Origin: Eledone cirrhosa
Taxonomy: Eukaryota
DNA: 64,000 nt
Assembly: GCA_964016885.1 (NCBI GenBank)
Contig: OZ024743.1
Location: forward strand, 178,188,001-178,252,000
Direction of reading: 5' to 3'
Shown here: one piece after another, positions 51,356 through 64,000 of the stretch
Position numbering within the stretch: position 1 is the first letter of the stretch
Layout: each line of letters starts with the position of its first letter
Notes under the pieces: generated by a model
Told to the model about the DNA's origin: nothing
Database searches by the model: none
What the model saw: only the letters and a program-made list of their open reading frames with translations
Position numbers and translations under genes: made by a program

Positions 51356-54300
51356 ACTGGGTGATAGATGTGGTGGAAATATATATAAACTGGGTGATAG
51401 ATGTGGTGGAAGTATATATAGACTGGGTGACAGATGTGGTGGAAATATATATATAGACTGGCTAAAAGATGTGGTGGAAATATATGTAGACTGGGTGATA
51501 GATGTGGTGGAAATATATATATAGACTGGGTGATAGATGTGGTGGAAATATATATAGACTGTGTGATAGATGTGGTGGAATATATATAGACTGGGTGATA
51601 GATGTGGTGGAAATATATGTAGACTGGGTGACAGATGTGGTGGAAATATATATAGACTGGGTGATAGATGTAGTGGAATATATATAGACTGGGTGATAGA
51701 TGTGGTGGAAATATATGTAGACTGGGTGACAGATGTGGTGAAAATATATGTAGACTGGGTGACAGATGTGGTGGAAATATATGTAGAGTGATAGATGTGG
51801 TGGAAATATATGTAGACTGGGTGACAGATGTGGTGGAAATATATGTAGACTGGGTGATAGATGTGGGGGAAATATATGTAGACTGGGTGATAGATGTGGG
51901 GGAAATATATGTAGACTGGGTGATAGATGTGGTGGAAATATATATAGACTGGGTGACAGATATGGTGGAAATATATATAGACTGGGTGATATATGTGGTG
52001 GAAATATATATAGACTGGGTGATAGATGTGGTGGAATATATATAGACTGGGTGATAGATGTGGTGGAAATATATGTAGACTGGGTGACAGATGTGGTGAA
52101 AATATATGTAGACTGGGTGACAGATGTGGTGAAAATATATGTAGAGTGGGTGACAGATGTGGTGGAAATATATGTAGAGCGATAGATGTGGTGGAAATAT
52201 ATGTAGACTGGGTGACAGATGTGGTGGAAATATATGTAGAGTGATAGATGTGGTGGAAATATATGTAGACTGGGTGACAGATGTGGTGGAAATATATATA
52301 TAGACTGGATTACAAATGTGGTGGAAATATATGTAGACTGGGTGATAGATATGGTGGAAATATATGTAGACTGGGTGACAGATATGGTGGAAATATATAT
52401 AGACTGGGTGATAGATGTGGTGGAAATATATATAGACTGGGTGATTGATATGGCGGAAATATATATAGACTGGGTGATTGATATGGTGGAAATATATATA
52501 GACTGGGTGATTGATGTGGTGGAAATATATATAGACTGGGTGATAGGTGTGGTGGAAATATAGACTGGGTGATAGATATGGTGGAAATATATACGGACTG
52601 GGCGATAGATGTGGTGGAATATATATAGACTGGGTGATAGATGTGGTGGAAATATATATAGACTAGGTGATTGATGTGGTGGAATATATATGGACTGGGT
52701 GATAGATGTGGTGGAAATATATGTAGACTGGGTGACAGATGTGGTGGAATATATATAGACTGGGTGATTGATGTGGTGGAAATATATGTAGACTGGGTGA
52801 CAGATGTGGTGGAATATATATAGACTGGGTGATTGATGTGGTGGAAATATATGTAGACTGGGTGACAGATGTGGTGGAATATATATAGACTGGGTGATAG
52901 ATGTGGTGGAAATATATATAGACTGGGTGATTGATGTGGTGGAAATATATATATAGACTGGGTGATTGATGTGGTGGAAATATATGTAGACTGGGTGACA
53001 GATGTGGTGGAATATATATGTAGACTGGGTGACAGATGTGGTGGAATATATATAGACTGGGTGATAGATGTGGTGGAAATATATGTAGACTGGGTGACAG
53101 ATGTGGTGGAATATATATAGACTGGGTGATAGATGTGGTGGAAATATATGTAGACTGGGTGACAGGTGTGGTGGAAATATATATAGACTGTGTGATAGAT
53201 GTGGTAGAAATATATATATAGACTGGGTGATAGATGTGGTGGAAATATATATAGACTGGGTGATTGATGTGGTGGAAATATATATAGACTGGGTGATTGA
53301 TGTGGTGGAAATATATATAGACTGGGTGATAGGTGTGGTGGAAATATAGACTGGGTGATAGATATGGCGGAAATATATTTGGACTGGGCGATAGATGTGG
53401 TGGAATATATACAGACTAGGTGATAGATGTGGTGGAAATATATGTAGACTGGGTGACAGATGTAGTGGAAATATATATAGACTGTGTGATAGATGTGGTA
53501 GAAATATATATATAGACTGGGTGATAGATGTGGTGGAATATATATAGACTGGGTGATAGATGTGGTGAAAATATATGTAGACTGGGTGACAGATGTGGTG
53601 AAAATATATGTAGACTGGGTGACAGATGTGGTGAAAATATATGTAGAGTGGGTGACAGATGTGGTGGAAATATATGTAGAGCGATAGATGTGGTGGAAAT
53701 ATATGTAGACTGGGTGACAGATGTGGTGGAAATATATGTAGAGTGATAGATGTGGTGGAAATATATGTAGACTGGGTGACAGATGTGGTGGAAATATATA
53801 TATATATAGACTGGATTACAAATGTGGTGGAAATATATGTAGAGTGATAGATGTGGGGGAAATATATGGAGACTGGGTGACAGATGTGGTGGAAATATAT
53901 GTAGACTGGGTGATAGATGTGGTGGAAATATATGTAGACTGGGTGACAGATGTGGTGGAAATATATATATAGACTGGATTACAAATGTGGTGGAAATATA
54001 TGTAGACTGGGTGATTGATATGGCGGAAATATATATAGACTGGGTGATTGATATGGTGGAAATATATATAGACTGGGTGATTGATGTGGTGGAAATATAT
54101 ATAGACTGGGTGATAGGTGTGGTGGAAATATAGACTGGGTGATAGATATGGTGGAAATATATACGGACTGGGCGATAGATGTGGTGGAATATATATAGAC
54201 TGGGTGATAGATGTGGTGGAAATATATATAGACTGGGTGATTGATGTGGTGGAATATATATGGACTGGGTGATAGATGTGGTGGAAATATATGTAGACTG

Positions 54301-55878
54301 GGTGACAGATGTGGTGGAATATATATAGACTGGGTGATTGATGTGGTGGAAATATATGTAGACTGGGTGACAGATGTGGTGGAATATATATAGACTGGGT
54401 GATTGATGTGGTGGAAATATATGTAGACTGGGTGACAGATGTGGTGGAATATATATAGACTGGGTGATAGATGTGGTGGAAATATATATAGACTGGGTGA
54501 TTGATGTGGTGGAAATATATATATAGACTGGGTGATTGATGTGGTGGAAATATATGTAGACTGGGTGACAGATGTGGTGGAATATATATAGACTGGGTGA
54601 CAGATATGGTGGAAATATATATAGACTGTGTGATAGATGTGGTAGAAATATATATATAGACTGGGTGATAGATGTGGTGGAAATATATATAGACTGGGTG
54701 ATTGATGTGGTGGAATATATATGGACTGGGTGATAGATGTGGTGGAATATATATGTAGACTAGGTGACAGATGTGGTGGAATATATATAGACTGGGTGAT
54801 AGATGTGGTGGAAATATATGTAGACTGGGTGACAGATGTGGTGGAATATATATAGACTGGGTGATAGATGTGGTGGAAATATATGTAGACTGGGTGACAG
54901 GTGTGGTGGAAATATATATAGACTGTGTGATAGATGTGGTAGAAATATATATATAGACTGGGTGATAGATGTGGTGGAAATATATATAGACTGGGTGATT
55001 GATGTGGTGGAAATATATATAGACTGGGTGATTGATGTGGTGGAAATATATATAGACTGGGTGATAGGTGTGGTGGAAATATAGACTGGGTGATAGATAT
55101 GGCGGAAATATATTTGGACTGGGCGATAGATGTGGTGGAATATATACAGACTAGGTGATAGATGTGGTGGAAATATATGTAGACTGGGTGACAGATGTAG
55201 TGGAAATATATATAGACTGTGTGATAGATGTGGTAGAAATATATATATAGACTGGGTGATAGATGTGGTGGAAATATATATAGACTGGGTGATAGATATG
55301 GCTGAAATATATATAGACTGGGTGATTGATGTGGTGGAAATATACATAGACTGGGTGATAGGTGTGGTGGAAATATATTTGGACTGGGCGATAGATGTGG
55401 TGGAACTATATGTAGAATGGGTGACAGATATGGTGGAAATACATATATAGACTGGGTGATAGATGTGGTGGAAATATATATAGACTGGGTGATAGATGTG
55501 GTGGAAATATATATAAACTGGGTGATTGATGTGGTGGAATATATATGGACTGGGTGATTGATGTGGTGGAAATATATGTAGACTGGGTGACAGATGTGGT
55601 GGAATATATATAGACTGGGTGATAGATGTGGTGGAAATATATGTAGACTGGGTGATATATGTGGTGGAATATATATAGACTGGGTGATAGATGTGGTGGA
55701 AATATATGTAGACTGGGTGACAGATGTGGTGGAAATATATATAGACTGTGTGATAGATGTGGTAGAAATATATGTAGACTGGGTGACAGATGTGGTGGAA
55801 ATATATATAGACTGGGTGATAGATATGGCTGAAATATATATAGTCTGGGTGACAGATATGGTGGAAATATATATATAT
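51356..55878. repeat. ~33-bp intronic minisatellite GACTGGGTGATAGATGTGGTGGAAATATATATA, ~135 units
   Basis: Direct periodicity. Blocks of variants recur (53036 vs 54771; 52026 vs 53528). Confidence 0.97.
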
Positions 55879-57195
55879 GTAATAAAGGTTATTAATAGTG
55901 GTTGTTAGATGAAATAACAAGAATAGCTGATTTACTTTATATACGAAAAGGTTTACTTCACTACAGTCAAAAATAACAACAAACAAGTTACCACGAGTCG
56001 CAAAGGTTGACGATGTTATTTTGTTGTTGGTTCATGAGGCTGGTGTAGTCTGAGACCAGGAGGGAGAGAGTAATGGTCTGTGGTTGTCTGTAGACCTCAG
56101 TGGCCTGTAGGTAGTGGTGAATCTTTCACATAGCTATTCTCTAGCGTACTGCTCTGATCTCTGTGTGTTAGACGTGGAATGATACAGGCTTTTTATACCT
56201 GTTGCTTTCTGTCTCCCGCCTCGAGGGATCGCCCACGCATGAACTTGTTTACGTCGAAAAGGATGGTTACCTACAATTTGACTTTTAGGTGTCACCCAGG
56301 GTTCAAGGTGTGGACAGATCTCGTTACGTATATAGAAGGAAAAAGAGGAAGGAAGAGACCAAGAAAGACATAGCGAAATATGATGGAAGAGAGAGGAATG
56401 GAAACCAGAGAGGACTCAGACAGAGAGAGTAAAAGGGGAAACATGCCATGCACTCTACCCCAAAAAGTTAACATTGACATTAAAACAATTGTTTTGACAC
56501 TTGATACCCACCTCGACCGTTGTTTCAGCTTTCCCTGCTAGTAAGTCTTGGATAGGTCTACATAGACCAAGTCAATACTGAAGTGGTGCCATTTTTCTCC
56601 TGGACGGGCCAGGGAGATCAACAACCCTTCTTCAGTACTGACTTGATCTATGTAGACCCGTCCAACCCCTAATATTGTATTTAAAAAGGGTAAAGACCCT
56701 CTTCGGTCACAAATGACCATGGGATTTGCACCTGGAAAGTTCCCCTCCAAGGCACAAGTCCAGGCAAGGTTATTTGTGGAAGACCAGCAGTCAACCATGA
56801 ATACCATTATTGCGACCGCTAAAAGTCATGTATGCCGATAAATACAATGTTTTGGATTTTCATTTTAAGTATTGTATGTGTGTGTATACAAAAAAGAAGA
56901 AAAAATCAGTACATCGATATAAAATTAAGACATGTATGGAGGTTAAAAGTGAAGTGTATGTCCAGAGTGTTATTATTATGTACGTAGGATGGTCACAATA
57001 GTGTCACACGCACGAAATAGTGTGATTTATGTTCTCTCTGTATATATATATATATATTTGAAAAAAAAGGAAAAGAATGACTTCACTTGTAGTGCTAAAT
57101 AATTTGATTTAATTTTATAATATTATGACTGGGTAGATCTAGTAAATTCTTTATTAACTTGGGTTACCTAACTGTACCAAGGATCTCGCACATTT

Positions 57196-57231
<36 letters not shown>

Positions 57232-57493
57232 ATAAATGTGAAGAGTAAAATTCGAAGAGGGCTCGATAAGGATTATATATATAGGGGCGGTGGAAGCATT
57301 TCTGAATTGGGGAGGGGCCAAAATGGTCAATTTAGTTGTAGTTCTTAGTTAAGCGGTTATCAAATATCAACCAAGATATAAAAAAAACTTCGGTATGCGA
57401 TAAACATAACATGTACATATGTGTAGCATATATACAAATAGATGTGTGTTTTGGTAGTTTGGGGGGGAAATATAATTATTAGTTCCACCGACA

Positions 57494-57530
<37 letters not shown>

Positions 57531-57630
57531 GTTGTATTAATATTATGGTTATGATAATATTAACTGGAGTAGTTAAACACATTTACGTGGGGGTCACGCA
57601 GAGCTGTTATACATTAATTTCAGAAACACC

Positions 57631-57674
<44 letters not shown>

Positions 57675-57691
57675 ACACACGCATAACTTAC

Positions 57692-57763
57692 CTTTACGAA
57701 AGAAACAAAGTTTAGGAGAAGCAACGGATAAACCCCGCAGACGAGTTGAAGACTTCTAAACAT
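57692..57763 (-). CDS. Coding exon 1 (signal peptide) of WBP1/VOPP1/Shisa-like single-pass membrane protein
   Basis: ATG TTT AGA...TTC GTA AAG|gtaagt. Encodes MFRSLQLVCGVYPLLLLNFVSFVK. Phase 0 joins exon 2. Confidence 0.82.
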
Positions 57764-57930
57764 CTCTGGTAGAATTTTGATTAAAAGACAATAATATTCT
57801 TATAATTAAATGGTAATATAAACACCATATAATTGTATATACTTTACCGAAAGGAGGATGGGAGTGATATGGGAAACTATTTCCTATTGCGTTGTATATA
57901 TATATATATATAAATAAATAAATATATAAT

Positions 57931-57979
<49 letters not shown>

Positions 57980-57993
57980 CGTAAAATAAGAAA

Positions 57994-58065
<72 letters not shown>

Positions 58066-58198
58066 AAATAGACAACGTCGAAGTTGCAATAGATAAATAT
58101 TCTTTTACTCGCCATCGATTGGTTCATTTATTCACTTGTTATTTAATCTATCAGTGAATAAATGGACCAATCGATAGCGAAGAAAAAGAGCATTTGTA

Positions 58199-58713
58199 AT
58201 CCGCCACCCTCCTTCAAAAACGAAGGAGAGGCAGTTTTCCTTTGTGTGATAGCTATGGCGAAAGCGGTTGTATGGTGGACAACGTTAAAAGGGCTGAGGT
58301 CAGACACCTTTCTCTCCGGCCAACAACTGATTCTTTTTTTCAAATATCACTTTGGAAGAAGAATCAGGATGGAGAGAGAGGTGCTGTACCCCAGCAAGTT
58401 TTATGAAAGGTGGGTGAAAGTAGCGAGAATGGCCCGAGTGAAAGGGCCTTCTCTCTATATCAGCCTGTAGGTTGAGGAAAAAGAGGAAGAGAGGAAAGGG
58501 GTACAAACTCTTCGTACTCCTGGAGATGAGGGTTGCACATTTTTTTCGGGGGCCTGTGCTACCTATATGAACTGTCTCCCCCTAATGGGGAAAATCGATT
58601 AACTTTTAATTTGCATTTGTGATAATATTTTACACGTTTTTATTGTATGTAAACTCCCCCCTTTGTAATTGTCCCCTTCTTTTGTGCCCCTGTGGCTAAT
58701 AAAGAAACATATC
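58199..58713 (+). mobile_element. 3' fragment of the L1/Tx1-type LINE family
   Basis: PPPSFKNEGEAVFLCVIAMAK...FYERWVKVARMARV matches the C-terminus of ORF 62427..63974. Ends AATAAAGAAACATATCT. Confidence 0.9.
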
Positions 58714-61706
58714 TGTAACACAAACTTCAAAAGATGAGACAATCACTTGATCATTTATAGATCAGGGGAAAACGCCAGCCAGATAGATTATATCCTTACT
58801 AGAAGCCGTGACAGAGTGTCTGTTGTAAACACTAAATCCCTCCCTCGTGAAAAATGCACCTCCCAACATAGCCTCATAGTTAGCAACCTCATAGTCAGGA
58901 CTAGACGTACTCGACGACAGAGGCGGACTACCCTGAGGAGAAGAATAGGGAAAGTGAACGACCCCACAGCCAGTAATAAATTTAAAAGCATATTACTTGA
59001 TGCTTTTGACAGTAAGGAAGAGCAATTAGAGACATACAATACAGAGGAAAGTTAACCTGCTGAAGGTGACAGATGAAATCTGTGGCTGGAGCAGAGCTAT
59101 AAGCAGGAGGAGAGTAACTTGGTGGTGAAACAGTAAGGTGGAGGAGTCAATCAAGGCCAAAAAGCAGTCTTGGAAAGTATGGTGGGATGGGGGAAGTAGA
59201 GAACACTATCAAGTGGCCAGGAGAGAAGCTAGGAGACAAGTGTACTTTGCAAGAAGGGAAGCAGCAAAGGAAAGAAAGTTCATGCATGTTCTACAACGCG
59301 AGGACCAAAAACGTGAGGTGTTCAGGATTGCAAGACAATGTGTCAAGGAAAATCATGATATTGTCTGGGAGAAGTGTGTCCGTAATGATGATGGTGTACT
59401 TGCCCTCATTGATACTGATAAGAAGGTAGCTTGGAAGTGTCACTACGAGAGACTATTAAATGAGGAGAATAAAATCAATCCAATAGAGGGACCAGCGGTG
59501 CAAGTTAAGGGTAGTATAATAAGTAAGGCAATCAAAGATATGAAGACAAGCAAGCCAGCTGGGCCTTCGGAGATAGTTGCTGAGATGTTGAAAGCATCTG
59601 GAATGATGGGACATACTATGGGCACCCAGATAGTTAACCAAGTAATACAGAATGGGGTTATACCAAATGACTGGTGTAGCATCATCATCATTAACTGCCA
59701 CAATGGTAAAGGAGATGCACTAGATAGGGGTAACTATAGAGGCATTAAGTTAGTTGACGAGGTCATGAAGGTCACAGAAAGAGTTATAGCACAACTAATC
59801 AGTGATTGAATTGATCTAGATGAAATGCAGTTTGGGTTTGTATCAGGATAAAGTACCACAGATGCTCTGTTCCTTGTACGACAACTACAGAAGTACCTAG
59901 CTAAAAGTAAACCCATATACTTAGCTTTTGTTGACTTGGAGAAAGCCTTTGACAGAGTCCCCCACTCCATTATCTGGTGGGCTCTTAGAAAACTAGGGGT
60001 AGATGAATGGCTTGTGAGAGCTTTTCAAGCTATGTTAAAGAAACAGTCAGCAAGGTTTGAATTAACAATGAATATAGTGATAATAATAATAATAATATTA
60101 TTTATAGCTATGTATACACAGGAAAGGTCAGTAATTCGTTACTACCTTATTACCAGTAAGAAAAATAGCTCAATGTAAATACATCAGATGTTTTACAGAG
60201 CAGGAATATAAAGTGAATATAGTGAAGAGTTTAGCGTAAAAGTTGGTGTTCATCAACGCTCTGTCCTTAGCACCCTCCTATTTATTATTGCCCTTCAGGC
60301 TATAACAGAGGAGTTTAAAACCGGCTTCCCATCGGAACTTCTATACGCAGATGATATAACTCTCATAGCTGAATCTATGGCTGAACTAGAGAAGAAATTC
60401 CAAACATACAAGCATGACCTAGAATCAAAAGGCCTTAAAGTTAACTTGTCTAAGACTAAAGTTCTAGTATGTAGAAAAGAAAATAGAGCACAGATGCCCT
60501 CTGGGAAATGGCCATGCTCAGTGTGTAGGAATGGAGTAGGTAGAAATTCCATTCTATGTCCCAAATGCAAACTATGGGTACATAAAAGATGTAGTGGGAT
60601 CACAGGTAAGCTATCTAAGAACGTAAATTTTATACGTGGCCGATGCTCAGGTGCAATAAGTAACAAGTGCTCACAGGATACTAGCTCCTTCTATTGCCCA
60701 GATGGTTCTATAGAAATAGTGGCCCCTTTCCGCTACCTGGGTGAAAAAATCAGCAGTGATGGAGGGTGCTCTGAAAGTACAGTAGCCAGAGTCAGAACGG
60801 GAGGGAAAAAGTTCAGAGAGCTTATACCACTATTAGCCGCTAAAGGGTTCTCCCTAAAAATGAAAGGCAGGTTATATGATGCCTGCATACGAACAGCAAT
60901 GTTGCATGGCAGTGAGACCTGGGCATTGTGTGCAGATGATATACGCAGACTAGAGAGGAACGAAGCTTGCATGCTCCGCTGGATGTGTAATAGTAATATA
61001 CGTGAACGGCAAAGCATACATGAACTAAGGGAGAAATTAGGAATAAGAGGGATCAGATGTTGTATACTCGAGAGAAGGCTACGTTGGTATGGTCACGTGA
61101 TGCGCATGAAAGACGACAGCTGTCTAACAAAGTGCAGGGCAATAAAGATAGACGGTAGCCACGGAGTAGGCAGACCCAGAAAAACCTGGGACGATTTGAT
61201 AAATTCCGACCTTACTCACTTGCACCTCTCTAAGACAATGTCACTGGACCGAGATCTTTGGCGCTATGCAGTAATATAGAAGATCCGTCTTGCCTATGTA
61301 CAAAGTGGAACCTATTGTCAGTAGACACCTCTTAACCAAATATACACCCCAACCCACTACTCCTACTCCATCCTCCCACTCCCATCAACACCACCCTTTC
61401 TCTGTAAAGTTATGTTGGTACCACAACATCCAGTCCAAACTAATGAGGTCGTGTAGGTGTCTCGACAAAGAAACACACAGTCCACGCTGTAATGTGGTTG
61501 TGTAGGTAACACGGTAAAAAGCTCCCAGTCCACACTGTAAATGTGGTTGGTGTTAGGAAGGGCATCCAACCATAGAAAACCTGCCAGATAGTCCTATACA
61601 AGCGAGACACGGTCACCCGACCAATCTTGCCTCAAGTGGGACAATGCCCGTCTAATCCATGCTAGCGTGGAAGATAGACGTTAAACGACGATGTGGATGA
61701 TGATGA

Positions 61707-61710
<4 letters not shown>
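58714..61710 (+). mobile_element. Decayed longer RTE LINE (end of AP endonuclease, RT, PHD-like finger, 3' UTR, (GAT)n tail)
   Basis: SQIDYIL...SQHSLIV, KTSKPAGPSEIVAEMLKASG, LYADD and RLRWYGHV across broken frames. Confidence 0.92.
60081..60213 (-). mobile_element. 133-bp retroposed insert inside the RTE, with a (TTA)n tail and 12-bp TSD
   Basis: TGAATATAGTGA at 60069-60080 and 60214-60225. (TAA)n at the left end. Confidence 0.8.
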
Positions 61711-61752
<42 letters not shown>

Positions 61753-62124
61753 AAAGTTTGTCCTTCATCAGTGATCTTCCAACCATCATAGGCATTTCAT
61801 CGCTTTAAAGACCATATACCTCCGGTTTGTGCGAGCAACGGCTAAAAAAAGTTGTTGGGACACGTAAATAAAGGGGACGCGGGGGTAAACAAACAAAATG
61901 GTGAAGCAACAGAAAGTGAGGAAGAAAGAGACAAGTCTCAGATTTCTATGAATTTAAATTCGGTGAAATCGTGAACGAGAGAATAAAGACCATCAAACCT
62001 GGTTGAAATGTGAGCAAGGAAGGAATTTCGCCCAGGTCTAACGGGAGGAAGAAGGGGTCTGGTCTGCGAATTCGGTAAACATAAGTTCTGTGAAATCGTA
62101 GACGAGAGAGAGAAAAAATTCATA

Positions 62125-62159
<35 letters not shown>

Positions 62160-62161
<2 letters not shown>

Positions 62162-64000
62162 ATGTTTCTTTTATTTGCCACTAGGGCATCAAAAGTGGGA
62201 CAAGTACAAAGGGGGGAGTTTACACAAAAAGGCGTCCTCAATAAGGAGGAGGCAATAACAAAATATAAAAATAAAATAAGATATAACAAAAAATAAAATT
62301 TATAACAAAATCCTCAATAGAGAGGAGGCGCCTTGGGGGGTCGCACACACCCCCGAAAAAAGTGTGCAACCCTTCTCCTCAGGAGCACAGAGAAGGGGTG
62401 CTCCCTTGGTCTTTCATCTTCCTCACCTATAGTCTGATGTAGAGTGAAGGCCCATTCACACGGGCCATTCTCGCCACTTTCACCCATCTTTCATAGAAAC
62501 GGCTGGGGTGCAGCACCTCTCTCTCCATCCTGATCCTTCTTCCGAAATGATATCGGAAGAAACGGACCAGTTGTTGGCCAGAGAGAAAGGTGCCTGACCT
62601 CAGTCCTTTCAGACGCGTCCACCATACAACCTCTTTCGCCATGGCTATTACGCACAGAAACACCGCCTCTGCTTCATCTTTGAAGGGGGGAGGCGGCTTG
62701 ATCATTACAATAGACTCGGTGGTCAACCGGATCGGTCCCACCCTTGACAGCAGTTGTTCGACATAGCCCCACAGATCGGCTACGCCCGAGCAGTGTACCA
62801 ATGCGTGTGCAACGGTTTCCTCGTCGCACACGCATCTGGGACAGATCTTTTTGGCGGGGTCCCTACCCGGGCGCCCGTGTCTGTAGAGCCTTTCTCGAAC
62901 GGGTAAAGCCCCTCGGTAGCACTGCCAGGCCAGGGACTTCTGGAAGTTGTCCATAGGTCCCGGGCTGAATGTCCTACCGAACAGGCTGGCCAGTTCGTCC
63001 TCCTCCATGTCTAGGGCTTCTCCGAGGGCGTCGTCGCACCTGCTGCGTACCAGCCCTCTATAGAATGTTGCGGTGGAGTCTCCACTAATAACCGGATCCG
63101 CCTGCCAGAGGGCGGTGAGCGCCTGGGCACACTCAGTGTGCCAGGCGCCCAGTTTTCTCGGTCTTTGCTTGACCCAGGATTGCAGCTCGGTGAGTGAGAC
63201 GAGTCTGGGAAAGGTTCGTCTCACAAACGAGGCCCACACCGGTTGTCCGGTGAGGAATACGTAGAGGTGCCGTAGCCTTAATGCGTGTTTACGCATCATT
63301 AGCCACGGCATCCCCAGCCCACCTTTCGAAGGGTGTTGACAGCAGATGGATCTCCTCACCATAGGAGCCCGCCTCTTCCAAAGGAATTGGAAGAGCGCGC
63401 GCTCCATCTTGGTGAGGGTTTCCCTTGGGCAGGGCACTACGGTCAGGCGGTAGTAGAGGACGGACGCTATGTAGGTGTTCGCCACCTCCGCCCGACCTTT
63501 CAGGGATATTTTGCAACTGGCCCACTTCTGGGTCAGTGCAAACACCCTGTTCGTAACCTCCGCCCAGTTTTTCTCCACCTGGAGGTCCGGTCCGAACCAG
63601 ACCCCGAGCAACTTCACCAGGCCCTCCGTCCAGCGTCCGACGACGCCATCGGAGGGCATCGGTCTGCCCCTCCACGTGCCGAGTTGCAAACCGATCGACT
63701 TGTCCCGGTTCAGCTTAGCCCCTGTGAACTTTTCGTACTCCTCCAGTAAGGTGCCGACCGCCTCGATTTCGGAGGCCGTCGACACCATTACTGTCACGTC
63801 ATCGGCGTAGGCCGACACCGCTTTCCGCAATCCCGGTTCCAAAGGGATGCCCTGCAACAACTCCAACTTCCGCAGTAGTGGCTCGAGAGTCAACACATAC
63901 AGAAGGGAGGAGAGAGGGCACCCTTGTCGGATGGACCGCGCGATTTTGAACGGCTCCGAGAGGTAGCCGTTCACCTTGACCCTAGAGCAGATGCGGCTGC
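62160..64000 (-). mobile_element. L1/Tx1-type LINE ORF2 3' half (RT + C-terminal CCHC finger), running off the window
   Basis: ORF 62427..63974 has RQGCPLS.LLY, AYADD, LLGVW, GGLG and CPRC...ETVAHALVHC. GC-rich, open frame, 3' end abuts (TATC)n. Confidence 0.92.

Noticed and set aside
51502-55986. Long repetitive ORFs (WVIDVVEIY..., HHIYHPVYIY...) as genes
   Set aside because: They are by-products of the 33-bp minisatellite, with frequent frame-shifting unit lengths, inside an intron.

Overview
Repeat-rich animal genomic DNA. The repeat families resemble those of octopod cephalopods (inferred from recognition, not searched). The window is dominated by a ~35.5 kb palindrome: left arm 1788-18309, 734-bp spacer, right arm 19044-37323. 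The right arm looks like an inverted copy inserted into the middle of one SINE. The SINE 5' half is at ~18959-19004 and its 3' half at 37324-37435. A single 9-bp target-site duplication (ATTATTTTC) brackets both halves across 18.5 kb, and a 25-bp fold-back hairpin with microhomologies marks the inner junction. The arms carry RTE LINEs with a PHD-type zinc finger inserted in the RT region, a Penelope-like element with a hammerhead motif, Helitron-like elements and a 27-bp satellite. A small minus-strand multi-exon gene that the ORF track misses encodes a signal peptide, a 6-Cys ectodomain and one TM helix (WBP1/VOPP1/Shisa-like). It is transcribed toward the palindrome, which lies either in its last intron or just downstream, so read-through could make a very long TE-rich hairpin RNA. 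The rest of the window is 40-bp and 33-bp minisatellites, decayed RTE copies, SINEs, MITEs and an L1/Tx1-type LINE.
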